From NCBI GenBank assembly GCA_024626585.2, contig JANKJI020000004.1, positions 140,105,052-140,126,637 of the forward strand: a stretch of 21,586 nt of DNA. The letters run 5' to 3'. The notes under the pieces are model-generated. The model was not told the origin of the DNA. It saw nothing but the letters and a program-made list of their open reading frames with translations, and ran no database searches. This DNA comes from Ginkgo biloba (taxonomy: Eukaryota > Plantae > Ginkgophyta). A program made the translations under genes and the position numbers. Below, in pieces: positions 1 to 10,875 of this stretch (the first letter of the stretch is position 1; every line of letters begins with the position of its first letter).

Positions 1-130
1 TGAAGTTTCATCAACATTGTACAAGGATTCCAAGGTGATAAGTCCCCCTGAAATATTATTAGACTTCAATTGAATAATCCCTTATTATGTTATTATATAA
101 TTTATAAACTTTTCATTAGATAGAATCAAT

Positions 131-164
131 ATGACCATCCTTAATGCCATAAAGATCCCATCCC
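131..164. repeat. 34-bp inverted repeat, partner at 1359-1392
   Basis: atgaccatccttaatgccataaagatcccatccc vs reverse complement of 1359-1392 atgaccatccttgatgccataaagatcccatccc: 33/34 identical. Confidence 0.95.
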
Positions 165-308
165 TAAAGGAACTTGAGGATCTGATTGTCAGTATAAAAA
201 TTTGCCANNNNNNNNNNNNNNNNNNNNNNNNNNNNNNNNNNNNNNNNNNNNNNNNNNNATTTCAACTAAAAACTTATTCATAGAGATACCTAAGTGGGGT
301 GAAATTAT

Positions 309-689
309 TGATGCTTCTATAACCATTGAGTCATCTAATTGGTTTTGTTCTCTTAGGATATAGTTAATGGAGTATTCCTAAAAAATATCAATTAGATCCC
401 AAACTCTATGCCTATAATATTTTAATCTTCTATTCTTAGTGGCATAGGCACCTTAAAATTGATTGACGATGAGTTTATAATCTCCATTTATTTAGAGAAA
501 TTTGATATTTAGATCTATTACTTGATGAAGGATAAGGACAAGGGATTCCTATTCTATAATATTATTGGTACATTCAAGCTGTAGTCTATATGAAGAAGGA
601 ATGATACTTCCATTAGGGGATTTAAGGATCACCCTTACTCCAAAGCTAGATTTTTCTTAGGCCTTATAAAAAAATATTTCCTAAAGATG
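309..689 (-). pseudogene. Archaeal-type (RNase HI-like) RNase H domain remnant downstream of the protease
   Basis: Translation L*EIFFYKA..KSSFGVRVILKSP...YRLQLECTNNIIE*ESL...INGDYKLIVNQ...ILREQNQLDDSMVIEAS matches the FDGA / TNNxAEYEAL / GDSxLIVNQ / PRExNxxAD pattern. Confidence 0.85.
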
Positions 690-867
690 ATTATCATCTT
701 CTTCATATTGNNNNNNNNNNCCTTTCGTTGTAAGAATCGTCTCCTTCATCAAAAGTGAGATCCAACTCTGTAAGAATGGTATAAGTTCCAAAATCCACAT
801 CAGTAAAAATAGTTTCCTCGCTTTCTTATTTAATCAACTGCATATGTTCCTTGTGCTTGGCATCCCT

Positions 868-1239
868 TTATATTCTTACTAGGTCCCTCTTATAAGGGAC
901 CATTATATACCCTTCTTTAGTATTTATCAAACCTCCCAAATAAGAATTCCATTCTTTCCCCAATAACAGTGAATAGGCAAGTGGCATATATACTACTATT
1001 ACATTGATCACATTGATTATATCTAGAAAAGAGTGGAACTTGACTACTAAGTCCTTCAATTTCTGAATTGCCCTTATTGGTCTAGAATCCATGGCCAGTA
1101 TCGATTATTGGTTTATATTGCATTCCAATTTTATATTCCTAATTACTTCATAGGGAATGATATTGTGAGCTACCCCAGTATCCACTATATAGTTATGCAA
1201 AATTAAGTCTTAAACATTCAAAGAGAAATAAAAAGGAGG
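868..1239 (-). pseudogene. Retroviral-type aspartic protease domain remnant
   Basis: DTG catalytic motif at 1174-1182 (IVDTGVAHNII), followed in frame by ...KDLVV...VIVVYMPLAYSLLLGKEW..LGG (ORF 868..1092). Confidence 0.85.
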
Positions 1240-2286
1240 GTTTAACTGACTAATAGGGGTTTGTTTTTTTGTTAACATGGTGGATTAGAGAGGAGCATAA
1301 TAATAAGTGGTTGATGTGTGATCATATTCATACATAAATATATTAGTATTCTCCACATGGGATGGGATCTTTATGGCATCAAGGATGGTCATGTTGGCAA
1401 GGTATTTTTCTAGGGCCTGAATAATATTGTATTCAACAAAAGTGATTGGGTTGATCCTGATGTCATGCATATGTGGTTGATCATTTTTAGTGAAAGTTGG
1501 CCTATTTATTACAATATCTATACATGATCAAATCTATTCTATCTACTTTAACTATCATTCTTGTCCCTATTTTGGGTAGTTATGACCCTTATTTAAACAA
1601 TCAAGTCAACATTAGCTTCATTGAAGTGTTGATATTCCATGTTGGCTACTTCCAAGTGAGACCAACTAGCATCCACCATAGTGTTTGAGGAGGATGGTAT
1701 ATACTATTTTACTTCTATATCAATTAGGGATAAGTATCAAAAGGTGATATGGGCCTCCTTGGCTTGTTTCTCTTCCATGGACCTTTCTGATAACATGGCA
1801 TTTGTAGGTAGAGGAAGTAAGTTGGGTCTTTAGTTTGGGTTCCTATTTATTAGCAAGATAATTCTTTTTTCAATACTTACTTGTACAAATCCAACTTATA
1901 TATTTAGGGCAACAATATNNNNNNNNNNNNNNNNNNNNNNNNNNNNNNNNNNNNNNNNNNNNNNNNNNNNNNNNNNNNNNNNNNNNNNNNNNNNNNNNNN
2001 NNNNNNNNNNNNNNNNNNATTAGTTTTTTAGATTCTCTATTTTATGTGAAGGTTCTTCATATGTAACCACTTGGCTCAATTGAATGTGTGAAAGAATCTT
2101 CTCAGGTGTTTTTAGTTGTAGGAAAAAGTCATGGCATCATTAGTAAAATCTATAATGATGGGTAGGAAAAGGCACAATGCACTTAGAAAAAGTCACGGTG
2201 CTTGGAAAAAGTTGCGATGCACGATAAAGGATTGAACAACAAAATATTCTAATAATCATTTTCTTTTGTATATGGTATAGTACAAT

Positions 2287-2593
2287 TGTAACATCAAAAG
2301 TAGATGATTACTAAGATTGTAATGAAATACAACTTCATAATGATAAATGTACCATAATATCAAGATGAGGCAACACATTGCTACCAAAATGATGGGAGGA
2401 TCACTCTACTCGAAGATATGATTTTCTCACAAAGAGGAAAGGAGAAGAGATATTAGTCGATGATGATTTAAATGATTAATGAAGATACTCTTTTATAGTG
2501 ATAAGGGGGTATTAAATATCCTATGTAGACTTATATTTCTTAATTATGACTTGAATTATGATTAAGATTAGTTGTGTAATTGTTTACACAACA
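2287..2593 (-). repeat. 3' LTR of the chromovirus
   Basis: Starts TGTTGTG on the minus strand immediately after PPT GGGGAGGGAA; aligns to 4735-5036 (e.g. ttttatagtgataagggggtattaaatat is shared). Confidence 0.88.
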
Positions 2594-2605
2594 TTCCCTC
2601 CCCAT

Positions 2606-3900
2606 TAAATAAGCCTTTCCCTCAAGGCATTAACTCAGGAAATTATAGCACAAATTCTTCTAACTATCATGTGGATTCCTCTTTGAGTAGATCTATCCAT
2701 TTGATCTTGTATCATTAAATATACTTATTTCATAACTACTTTATCTAGACTTTTAGGACCTTCTCTGGCCTGATGATAGTTCACCCTTACTTATCTATTA
2801 GTGGTATGATGGTTTATGGTACAACTTGATCCACTAGTTATCATTTTACGATAGATACATGAAATATGTTATGTATATTACTTTTTACGGGTAGTTCTAA
2901 TTCGTACCCTACTTCACCAATTCTCCTTATGAATTGATAGGGCCCAATGTATTTTGGTTGGAGCTTGGCTTGAATTTTACTTTTTAATAATGTTTGCTTG
3001 TAAGGTTGTAAAAGTATGAACACCATATCACCTTCCTCAAACTTCTTTTGATTCTTTATTTTTATGCTTGTTGATTCATTTCGTTAGCTACTGTGTTTAG
3101 GTTGTCTTTTAGGTTTTGGATGATCTCCTACATTTCTTCAAGGGTGTTTTTTTCTATTGGACATTTGGACTCTCAGATGATTAGGTATAGGATGGATGGG
3201 GGGTCATACCCATATAATTATTTAAAGGAAGACATCCCTATTGATTTATGGTGGGTGGTTGTTCTACAAAATATAACCATTTTGTCCATTTCCCTTGCTT
3301 ATCCCCATTGTAAATGCACAAGTAGCCTTCTAAGAATTAATTTATGATTTTTGTTTAACCATCCATTTATGGGTAGTATGCTAAGCTCATGTTTAAGGTT
3401 ACTCCAACCGATTTAAATAATTCTTATAAGAAGTGGGTATTAAACTTGGAGTTACAATCATAAATAATTCTCTAGATTTTATCTAATTATGGGGTATATG
3501 GGGTATATTTACTTGAATGGTCGTGAAGTGGGTATATTTGGTAAGCCAATCAAAGACTATGAATATGACACTTTTTCCTTATGAATTTGGGAGGCATATG
3601 ATAAAATCCATAAAAATATCTTCCCACTTTCTATCTAGAATATTTAGAGGTTGTAGAAGATTGTGCAGTGCAGTGTTTCTCCCTTTTTCCTTTGACAAAT
3701 ATCACATTCTGAGACTTATTTTTCCACTTCCTTCATCATTCTAGAGCAAAAGAATAACTTTTAATTTTTTGGTAGGTCTTTTGAGCTCTAATGTGACTTG
3801 ATTCTAGTGTGGCATGTCCTTCTTGTATGACCTTAGATATCATAGGAAAATCTTTATTTAAGAATATATTGTCTTTATATAGAATGAGTCCATCCCTGGA
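2606..3900 (-). pseudogene. Integrase (core, GPY/F module) plus chromodomain remnant
   Basis: LLQPLNILDRKWEDIFMDFI (~3600-3660); KLQPKYIGPYQFIRRIGEVGYELELP..IHNIFHVS (ORF 2841..3026); KIKWIDLLKEEST*...FPEL chromodomain (~2620-2720). Confidence 0.88.
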
Positions 3901-4734
3901 TTTCTATCTTTTATCATTTTTCCCTTTTAATATGTCTTTTCCTTATTGTGCTTATCTTCCTCTTGCATAATTTTCTTTCCCTTATCTAGTTCCTCTTGCT
4001 TGAACCGAGCATTCATTTCTCCTCTCACATCATATGTCACATTTGTGATGAACCTATCTAGCCTTTTGTTCATCTCCTAAACCTATACAGATATGTAATT
4101 TAGTTCTTAGATTTTCCTTCGACCTCATAGATTATTTTCCATAGATCAGTTGCTTGTCTAGTTTTGGTCATCTTCTCTTCTTTCAAGTCCTTTCCTAGGA
4201 TTAACTTTGGTGCTTAGGTTTTATTTAAAGAGGAAAATTTCTTTCAAGAATATTCTCTTAAGAATATTTAAAAAAATACTCTTAAGAATATCTTAAAGAA
4301 TTTTCTTATTTTAATTTTTACCCTACCTTTCAAAAATATGTTTTGATTTTGTTTGACGTTATTTTTTATTTTGATATAGTTTGTAGCTTTATTTTTCTTG
4401 TTTATGGATGTGACCTTTTGCAAATGGATCACAAGTTTTAATGTCGCAATTATGAAGGATGGTGATTATGGTTGAGCCCAAGTGGACGGAAATGGACAAA
4501 CAATGAATGATGGTGAAGGACTATTCATCTATGGTGAGATTGTGACTATTGTGATTGTGTTGGATTGATGATGTGAAGGAGAATAGTAGCAGATGGTAGA
4601 TGTGATATTGAGAAGAAATGATATGTATGGGAAGTCATGTAGAGTAGTGAGGATGGTAATGATGGACGTGACCATAGGGAATTTTCAAGGAATGTAGAGG
4701 TGATAGGCTGGCAAGATCTTTCTCTGATATAAGG

Positions 4735-5036
4735 TGTAATGTGAAAAGTAGAATGTTACTAATATTGTAATGAAATACATCTTCATAATGATAAATGCAC
4801 CATAATACTAGTATGAGGTAGCATTGTACTACCAAAATAACTAGAGAAGCACTCTTCTCCAAAAATTGATGTTCTCACAAAGAGAAAAAGAGAATAAATA
4901 TTAATCAATAATGATTAAAATGAGTAATGAAGATACCCTTTTATAGTGATAAGGGGGTATTAAATATGCCACACAAACTTATGTTTCTTGCACAACAATT
5001 AAGATTAAGATTAGTTATATAATTATTTGCACAACA
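4735..5036 (-). repeat. 5' LTR of the chromovirus
   Basis: TGTTGTG...TTACA on the minus strand, followed by TTATATCAGAGA (degenerate TGGTATCAGAGC). Confidence 0.85.
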
Positions 5037-5070
5037 AATCTATGATTAATAAGGAAAATATATGCGTGTA

Positions 5071-5168
5071 AAGTTCTCACAAGGAAAATAAGATAAAATA
5101 ATGTCTGAATTAGTTAGAAGAAATAAGATGAGATATCCTTATATAGGATAAAATATGATGCCTCAATC
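5071..5168. repeat. Fragment of the LTR family seen at 7832-8410
   Basis: aagataaaataatg..tccttatataggataaaatatgatgcctcaatc also occurs at ~8068-8165. Confidence 0.8.
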
Positions 5169-5249
5169 AAAGGGTTCCATCCCTTAACGTCATATCTAAT
5201 CTTCTTATAAAGGCCCTATATGATACCTAAATAATATGGGATTCTATTA

Positions 5250-7021
5250 TCATCCTTGCTTCTGTACTTATCTAAAAAAACCTCCCAACCAACTTTTGTG
5301 GTCTCTTGAGTTCGTGCATTGATACTAGCTGCTAGCTAGATTTGAACTAGGTTGAATTTCTTGTGTTCTAGAGCATGATCATGTACATATTACCTCAAGA
5401 TATTAAACTCTTCTTTGGCTACATAAAACTTCCCCTTTCATTTAAAAATAACACATTCATAATATTCATCATCATTAGCCAAAGGTTCAGTGATTTTGAG
5501 TGGATCTATAATTTGATTGAAATTATTTTGATGAGGAAGAAGTGACATTGAAATAAAACTATACACTCCTCTTCTTCCATTCTATAGCCTTCAGATGACT
5601 CTCCATATTTGTTGGAGAGATTTATGTAACTTGGACGATTCTCCCTAGAGAAGAGTTAGGCNNNNNNNNNNNNNNNNNNNNNNNNNNNNNNNNNNNNNNN
5701 NNNNNNNNNNNNNNNNNNNNNNNNNNNNNNNNNNNNNNNNNNNNNNNNNNNNNNNNNNNNNNNNNNNNNNNNNNNNNNNNNNNNNNNNNNNNNNNNNNNN
5801 NNNNNNNNNNNNNTTCCCTTGAATCCATTAATGGGTTCTCAAACTTAAAATTCTTCTCATGAACAACTAATGGTGTGGAAACCAAGGCAACCATTATTAT
5901 TGTCTGGGCATTAATAATGATACCTGGCACAGTCATATTAGATTCTATGGTGGTGATAGATTCATGAGATAGAGAAAGATGATGGGGGGGATACATAGGT
6001 ATCTTCCTTGGGATTATTTCCTACATACCTGCTACTACTTCTGCCTTCTAAATATGGCATAGTTTCACTTTCAATAACTATGTTTGTCGTATATTTGTCG
6101 TTTGAACACATTTCTAGATCCATCTCTTCCTAGGGAATTAACGTTCCATCTTCTCCCCCATGATAATTTTTGGCCATGTCTTCACATCCAAGTTCATTTC
6201 CTTCTTCATTTTTATAACACCCTTTGTAACCCATTTCTTTATAATCAAACTTGTCTTCCAGCTGCTTGCCTAACTCTTCATTAAAATTTTCCTTAGGAGT
6301 ATTCTCTTCCTCTATTTTTGATTACTTAATTGGTTCTTCTTTTTAAGTTATTTGTGTGGCCCTTCTTCTTTATCATGAGGTCCCTCCAAATGAATTTTTT
6401 CTACAGTAGTAGGAAGGGTTCCTATCTCTCTGGTGATCACATTTTGATTGACTCAGTGTCTCGTAGATTGACCCCCTGAGTTCATTAGAAGGAAGTCACT
6501 TCCACCGAATAGGTAATATTCCCTCTTTACCAGGGTATTTCCTTATCCAATTTGATGTAGATCAACCTCCTTATGAAATGACATATGGGGGTGTGCCACA
6601 GGCCAACTTTATAGGTCGGTGCCTCTAAGATTTGATCATAAATTTAGGGTGTGCGCTCTGTGGAAACCCTAAAGTAAATCCAAGCACCATGGATCAGTGA
6701 GAAGAGAAGGATGATCCTAAGAGGAGTAGGGGGTGCAACATTCACCCACTCATATTGTCAATTGCAAAGAATATCTAATGGCCAAGGAAATGACATGGTC
6801 CCTTGAAGTTGGTATCTTTGGCTTGGATAAATCTATAAAGGGGGTACAAGAAGATCTTAGGAAAGTCAAGGATGCCACCCAAAGTGTCTCAATTTCTATA
6901 ATTTACATCCTACAAGAATGATCATATATCCATCATAAGATCTCATCAGGAACTCGACATCACCCATCAAAGGATGAAGCCACTTGTACGTGACCCACCT
7001 TAGTGAACCTTGATAGAGAGA
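5250..7021 (-). mobile_element. Gypsy 5' LTR end, leader and decayed gag (probably the 5' part of the element at 1-1918)
   Basis: LTR-like end ...CTACATCA at 6553 followed by a TGG-initiated candidate PBS. Gag-like fragments KNFKFENPLMDSRE and SL*GESSKLHKSL (cf. SLxGEAxxWxxSL). Same strand and correct domain order relative to 1-1918. Confidence 0.5.
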
Positions 7022-7121
7022 NNNNNNNNNNNNNNNNNNNNNNNNNNNNNNNNNNNNNNNNNNNNNNNNNNNNNNNNNNNNNNNNNNNNNNNNNNNNNNN
7101 NNNNNNNNNNNNNNNNNNNNN

Positions 7122-7800
7122 CAAATGTATTACAAGTTATACAAAAATAATACAAATATAACAACATAGATGCAATGGAGATAATACGAAGATTAGAAAG
7201 TAAAATTTTAGACTATAAACAAATAATAGCACAACAGGCGATTTACTTGATTTTATCTATTACTATGCATCTCTTAAATGCATTTTCATAAACACTAGTC
7301 TAAGGGAGGAATAAGCATTTGTTTTAAGGCCAAATAAGTTGTTATAATTCTTAGAAGATTATTTTACTAGACATGAAATGCAAATTGAAATCTAAAATAT
7401 GTCTAGTTGAAAGNNNNNNNNNNNNNNNNNNNNNNNNNNNNNNNNNNNNNNNNNNNNNNNNNNNNNNNNNNNNNNNNTAATAAGAACACATTGAAATCCA
7501 TGCAAAAGAATACAAAAATTAAAAAATGAATGTCATAAGGTATGTGCATTATAATAAGCATAGAGATCCAAACAATTATTATAGGGAACACATATTATTA
7601 TATATTCCATTTAGAGAAGAAGATTATTTTACGAGGGAAAATGAACAAACATGGAAAGATGTATACATGTCCAATTCCAATTCTATAAATAAAAAATCTA
7701 AAATATTTTCATATGGAATAACTAATAATTTAGATAAATAATGGATAGAAATTAAAGATAGAAACATGGAGCACTTAAACATAAACAATGAAAATAATAT
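7122..7800 (+). mobile_element. Helitron-like (Helitron2/Helentron-type) RepHel pseudogene fragment, Rep-helicase linker region
   Basis: IDAMEIIRRLESKILDYKQIIAQQAIYLILSI...CIFINTSLREE*AFVLRP and VIRYVHYNKHRDPNNYYREHILLYIPFREE match the SAQEAxxxxLxLP / FINTSPPxER / IIRxxxxxxxDPENxYRExLxLxxPWR motifs. Confidence 0.75.
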
Positions 7801-7831
7801 GGATGAGATGTCTAGGACCCATGAGGGATAT

Positions 7832-8410
7832 TGTAATGTAAAAAGTAGGCAATGTCAAATAATAATAGAAATATTAATGCATAGATACGATGATAATGTA
7901 GTAATCCATAATAACAATAATAATGTCACATGATAATGTGATAATAATAACATAATTAAGATAACTATAAGAGAATAATAAAGGGATAACACTCTACTAT
8001 CGAAAATAAGCGTGGAAGCACTATGCTTCCCAAGTAGAAGAGACGAGAACTCTACTCCTAAAATGTAAATTTCTCACTAGGAGAAGAAGATAAAATAATG
8101 TTTGAATTGGTTAGAAGAAATGAGACAAGATGTCCTTATATAGGATAAAATATGATGCCTCAATCNNNNNNNNNNNNNNNNNNNNNNNNNNNNNNNNNNN
8201 NNNNNNNNNNNNNNNNNNNNNNNNNNNNNNNNNNNNNNTAAAATAGTGTGCCTAATTTTAGAAGATTTTCTAAATCCTATTTGAGGAATATTTTAATCCT
8301 TCTTAAGCATGCCTTAGGCCTAAGTATGTTTAAGGACACCATTAGGGTCTTTAGACTTAGTTGTGTATTTATTACATGACACTAACTAATTGTAGACAAA
8401 AAATACTACA
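7832..8410 (-). mobile_element. Probable solo LTR related to the 2287-5036 LTR family
   Basis: TGTA...TACA termini; ATAT on both sides (7828-7831, 8411-8414); terminus tgtaatgtaaaaagtag resembles tgtaatgtgaaaagtag at 4735. Contains an N gap. Confidence 0.6.
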
Positions 8411-8414
8411 ATAT

Positions 8415-9600
8415 TCTCTACCTGGACATATTTGAGGCAACCTTTGAGTATCACTTGCCTATATGCGTTTGCACATACATAACAAAAGGGGAAGTCATAC
8501 ATCATTTACTAGTTCCTGATAGACCTTAAGAGTCCATTTTTATGGATTTATTAGAATGATTACCTTTGACTTAATATGAATATGACTATATATTTTTAGC
8601 TATATAATANNNNNNNNNNNNNNNNNNNNNNNNNNNNNNNNNNNNNNNNNNNNNNNNNNNNNNNNNNNNNNNNNNNNNNNNNNNNNNNNNTGTTTGGGTC
8701 CACTATGGGCTACCTTCGTCAATCATTTTAGATAGGAACAATAGGTTCCTTAGTAACTCTTAGAGCAGTCTATGGGGGATGATGGACACTAGACTAAATT
8801 TTTTCATTATATTCCATCCAGAGACAAATGGAGGTGGTCAATGTGGCATTTATACATGCACTATAGATCTATAATCATCAACATTCTAAGATATGGGATG
8901 AGTTCCTTCCATACATTCAACATAACNNNNNNNNNNNNNNNNNNNNNNNNNNNNNNNNNNNNNNNNNNNNNNNNAGGATTTCTTCCTATCTCATCTAATG
9001 ATGCATATTTAATCTTTACCTTCCAATTCTTATTTTAAGGTAAAATCCAATGCACATTCTACTCATTTATAAGAACATTCAAAAAATTCAAAAGTAGGTA
9101 CATGAGGCTTTTTTAAAGGAAATATACAAATATAAAAAATTAATCGATAAGTATAAAACATATTATAGATTTCAGGTTAGGGATAGAGTATGGATCTATT
9201 TATCAAAGTAAAGGTTCATAGATGACATAAAAATCAAATCACTTTGGTATGGTCCCTACATAATTTTAGAGTAGCTCCAAAAGAATGCTTTCCATATAGA
9301 ATTACCTTTATATATGGATTTATATGTAATTTTTAATTTTGATAAATTAAATATTTATGATCCACTAATGTTGGATGAGTCATCTAAGGATTTAACTTAA
9401 CATTCAAATGGATCACAACTAGATTATGTAGAATCACTTAAAGATGATAGGATCTTAAAACATTAGGTTTTTATTACATTGATTCTTTCCTAGTGATAAA
9501 TAAGGGACAATATCCACATTAATTAAATTGCATTATTTTGGAAAGAGTGAAGAAGGAGTTTCCATATCTTTTGGTCCATTTCTCCCTTAAAGTGGAGGAA
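8415..9600 (+). pseudogene. Ty3/Gypsy integrase remnant with GPY/F module, chromodomain-like tail and PPT
   Basis: LLVPDRP*ESIFMDLL; VWVHYGLPSSIILDRNNRFLS...LWGMMDTRL...FHPETNG; DRVWIYLSK; WYGPYIILE; purine tract aaagtggaggaa at 9589-9600. Confidence 0.85.
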
Positions 9601-9601
9601 T

Positions 9602-10455
9602 TAATAAGAGGTCCTATTTTAGAGCCTAAGAGCATCTATCAGCCTAAGAGAGGATATTATATAACCTTGAGTTTCTAATGAGGAATATTGAACCTAATGG
9701 CTTATTTATGAGGATATTATCCTTATCTTATTTTATTTTACATATTTAAGAGTTTTTAATCATGTTAGGTTTTCTCCTAGGTGTCACTCTCATGCACCAT
9801 TCAAAACTAGAGAAGAACTCCTTGCATGGATAAACTCCTTGATGAAATGGATGGTAGTATAAATATATCTTTGGATAAAAAAGGGATGGTTACAGGATTA
9901 TATTTTTGAATAGATTTACTTAATTTNNNNNNNNNNNNNNNNNNNNNNNNNNNNNNNNNNNNNNNNNNNNNNNNNNNNNNNNNNNNNNNNNNNNNNNNNN
10001 NNNNNNNNNNNNNNNNNNNNNNNNNNCATGCACCATTCAAAACTAGAGAAGAACGCCTTGCATGGATAAACTCCTTGATGAAATGGATGGTAGCATAAAT
10101 ATATCTTTGGATAGAAAATGGATGGTTACAGGATTATATTTTTGAATAGATTTACTTAATTTTGGACTTAGGCTCATATATTTGAGAGAGCCTTAGGCTT
10201 TGTATTATATAACATATGTTCAATTTGAGAGAGCTTCTTCCATCCTTATTAAGACTATATATTATTCTCTCAAGTTATAAGAGATATAATTAATAAAATA
10301 TTCTTATTCTCTATCTAGAATCTTATTCTTCTTCTCTTATTACATCCTTAAATTATCATTCTGAAGACATGTTTCTTAATGATATTTTCTTGAGAGTGTG
10401 GAAGTCAACTTATATCTTATAAAAATCATCTATTAAATTTGGAATCTTGACATCA
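9602..10455 (+). repeat. Probable 3' LTR of the 8415-9600 element
   Basis: Directly follows the PPT, non-coding, ends ...gacatca. The 5' terminus reads TA rather than TG, so boundaries are approximate. Confidence 0.5.
9791..10162 (+). repeat. 136-bp direct duplication flanking a 100-N gap
   Basis: 9791-9926 and 10027-10162 differ at 4 positions and both abut the gap. Confidence 0.9.
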
Positions 10456-10875
10456 AACTATGTGTAGAAATTTACACATATGAAAGAGGAAGAATAAGAT
10501 TTTTCTCAGCCTTGAAAAAATCTTGATGTGTTATAGGAAAAACTTGTGGCATAATTTACGAAAATACGTAGCAAAATAGAAAAAGTTACATTTCCTTTAA
10601 GAAAACATATGACATAGATTACAAATGTTACGCCTTTATACTATAAATCAATTATTAATAATGAGAGAAAATTTTCAAAATTTAGATATAGATATTTGTA
10701 GTTTTCCATGGTTGTATAAGCTTGTCAAGAATTTCTTTGAGTTTTCTTAGTGATTTTTACACTTCTTCCTTTACAAAGGTTTCACTTTTAGGAATCACAT
10801 CCAAGGATGAATTGTATTCATCACAAATGTCATTCTTCCTAATATAATTCTTATCCCATGGAAAATGCTAACCAA

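Larger units (their letters stand above)
1..1918 (-). mobile_element. Decayed Ty3/Gypsy (Tat-type) gag-pol segment: gag C-terminus, protease, archaeal-type RNase H, linker towards RT
   Basis: Minus-strand translation gives PPFYFSLNV*DLILHNYIVDTGVAHNIIP (protease), an RNase HI-like domain, then WQIF..DNQILKFL and IIQLKSNNISGGLITLESLY, which resemble the aRH-RT linker of such elements. Many stops and frameshifts. Confidence 0.85.
2287..5036 (-). mobile_element. Internally deleted chromovirus (Ty3/Gypsy) LTR retrotransposon with both LTRs
   Basis: Diverged direct repeats 2287-2593 and 4735-5036 bounded by TG...CA. Degenerate tRNA-Met PBS at ~4721-4732, PPT at 2594-2603, integrase and chromodomain remnants inside. 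Confidence 0.88.

Noticed and set aside
678-710. Plus-strand FPKDDYHLLHI resembling a Gypsy RT motif
   Set aside because: No other RT motifs nearby; the opposite strand gives a continuous RNase H domain.
6643-6673. TTTAGGG...CCCTAAA as telomeric repeat
   Set aside because: Single inverted pair inside an LTR-like region; no array.
9791-10162. 136-bp duplication as a biological tandem repeat
   Set aside because: Both copies abut an exactly 100-N gap; most likely unmerged overlapping contig ends or haplotypes.
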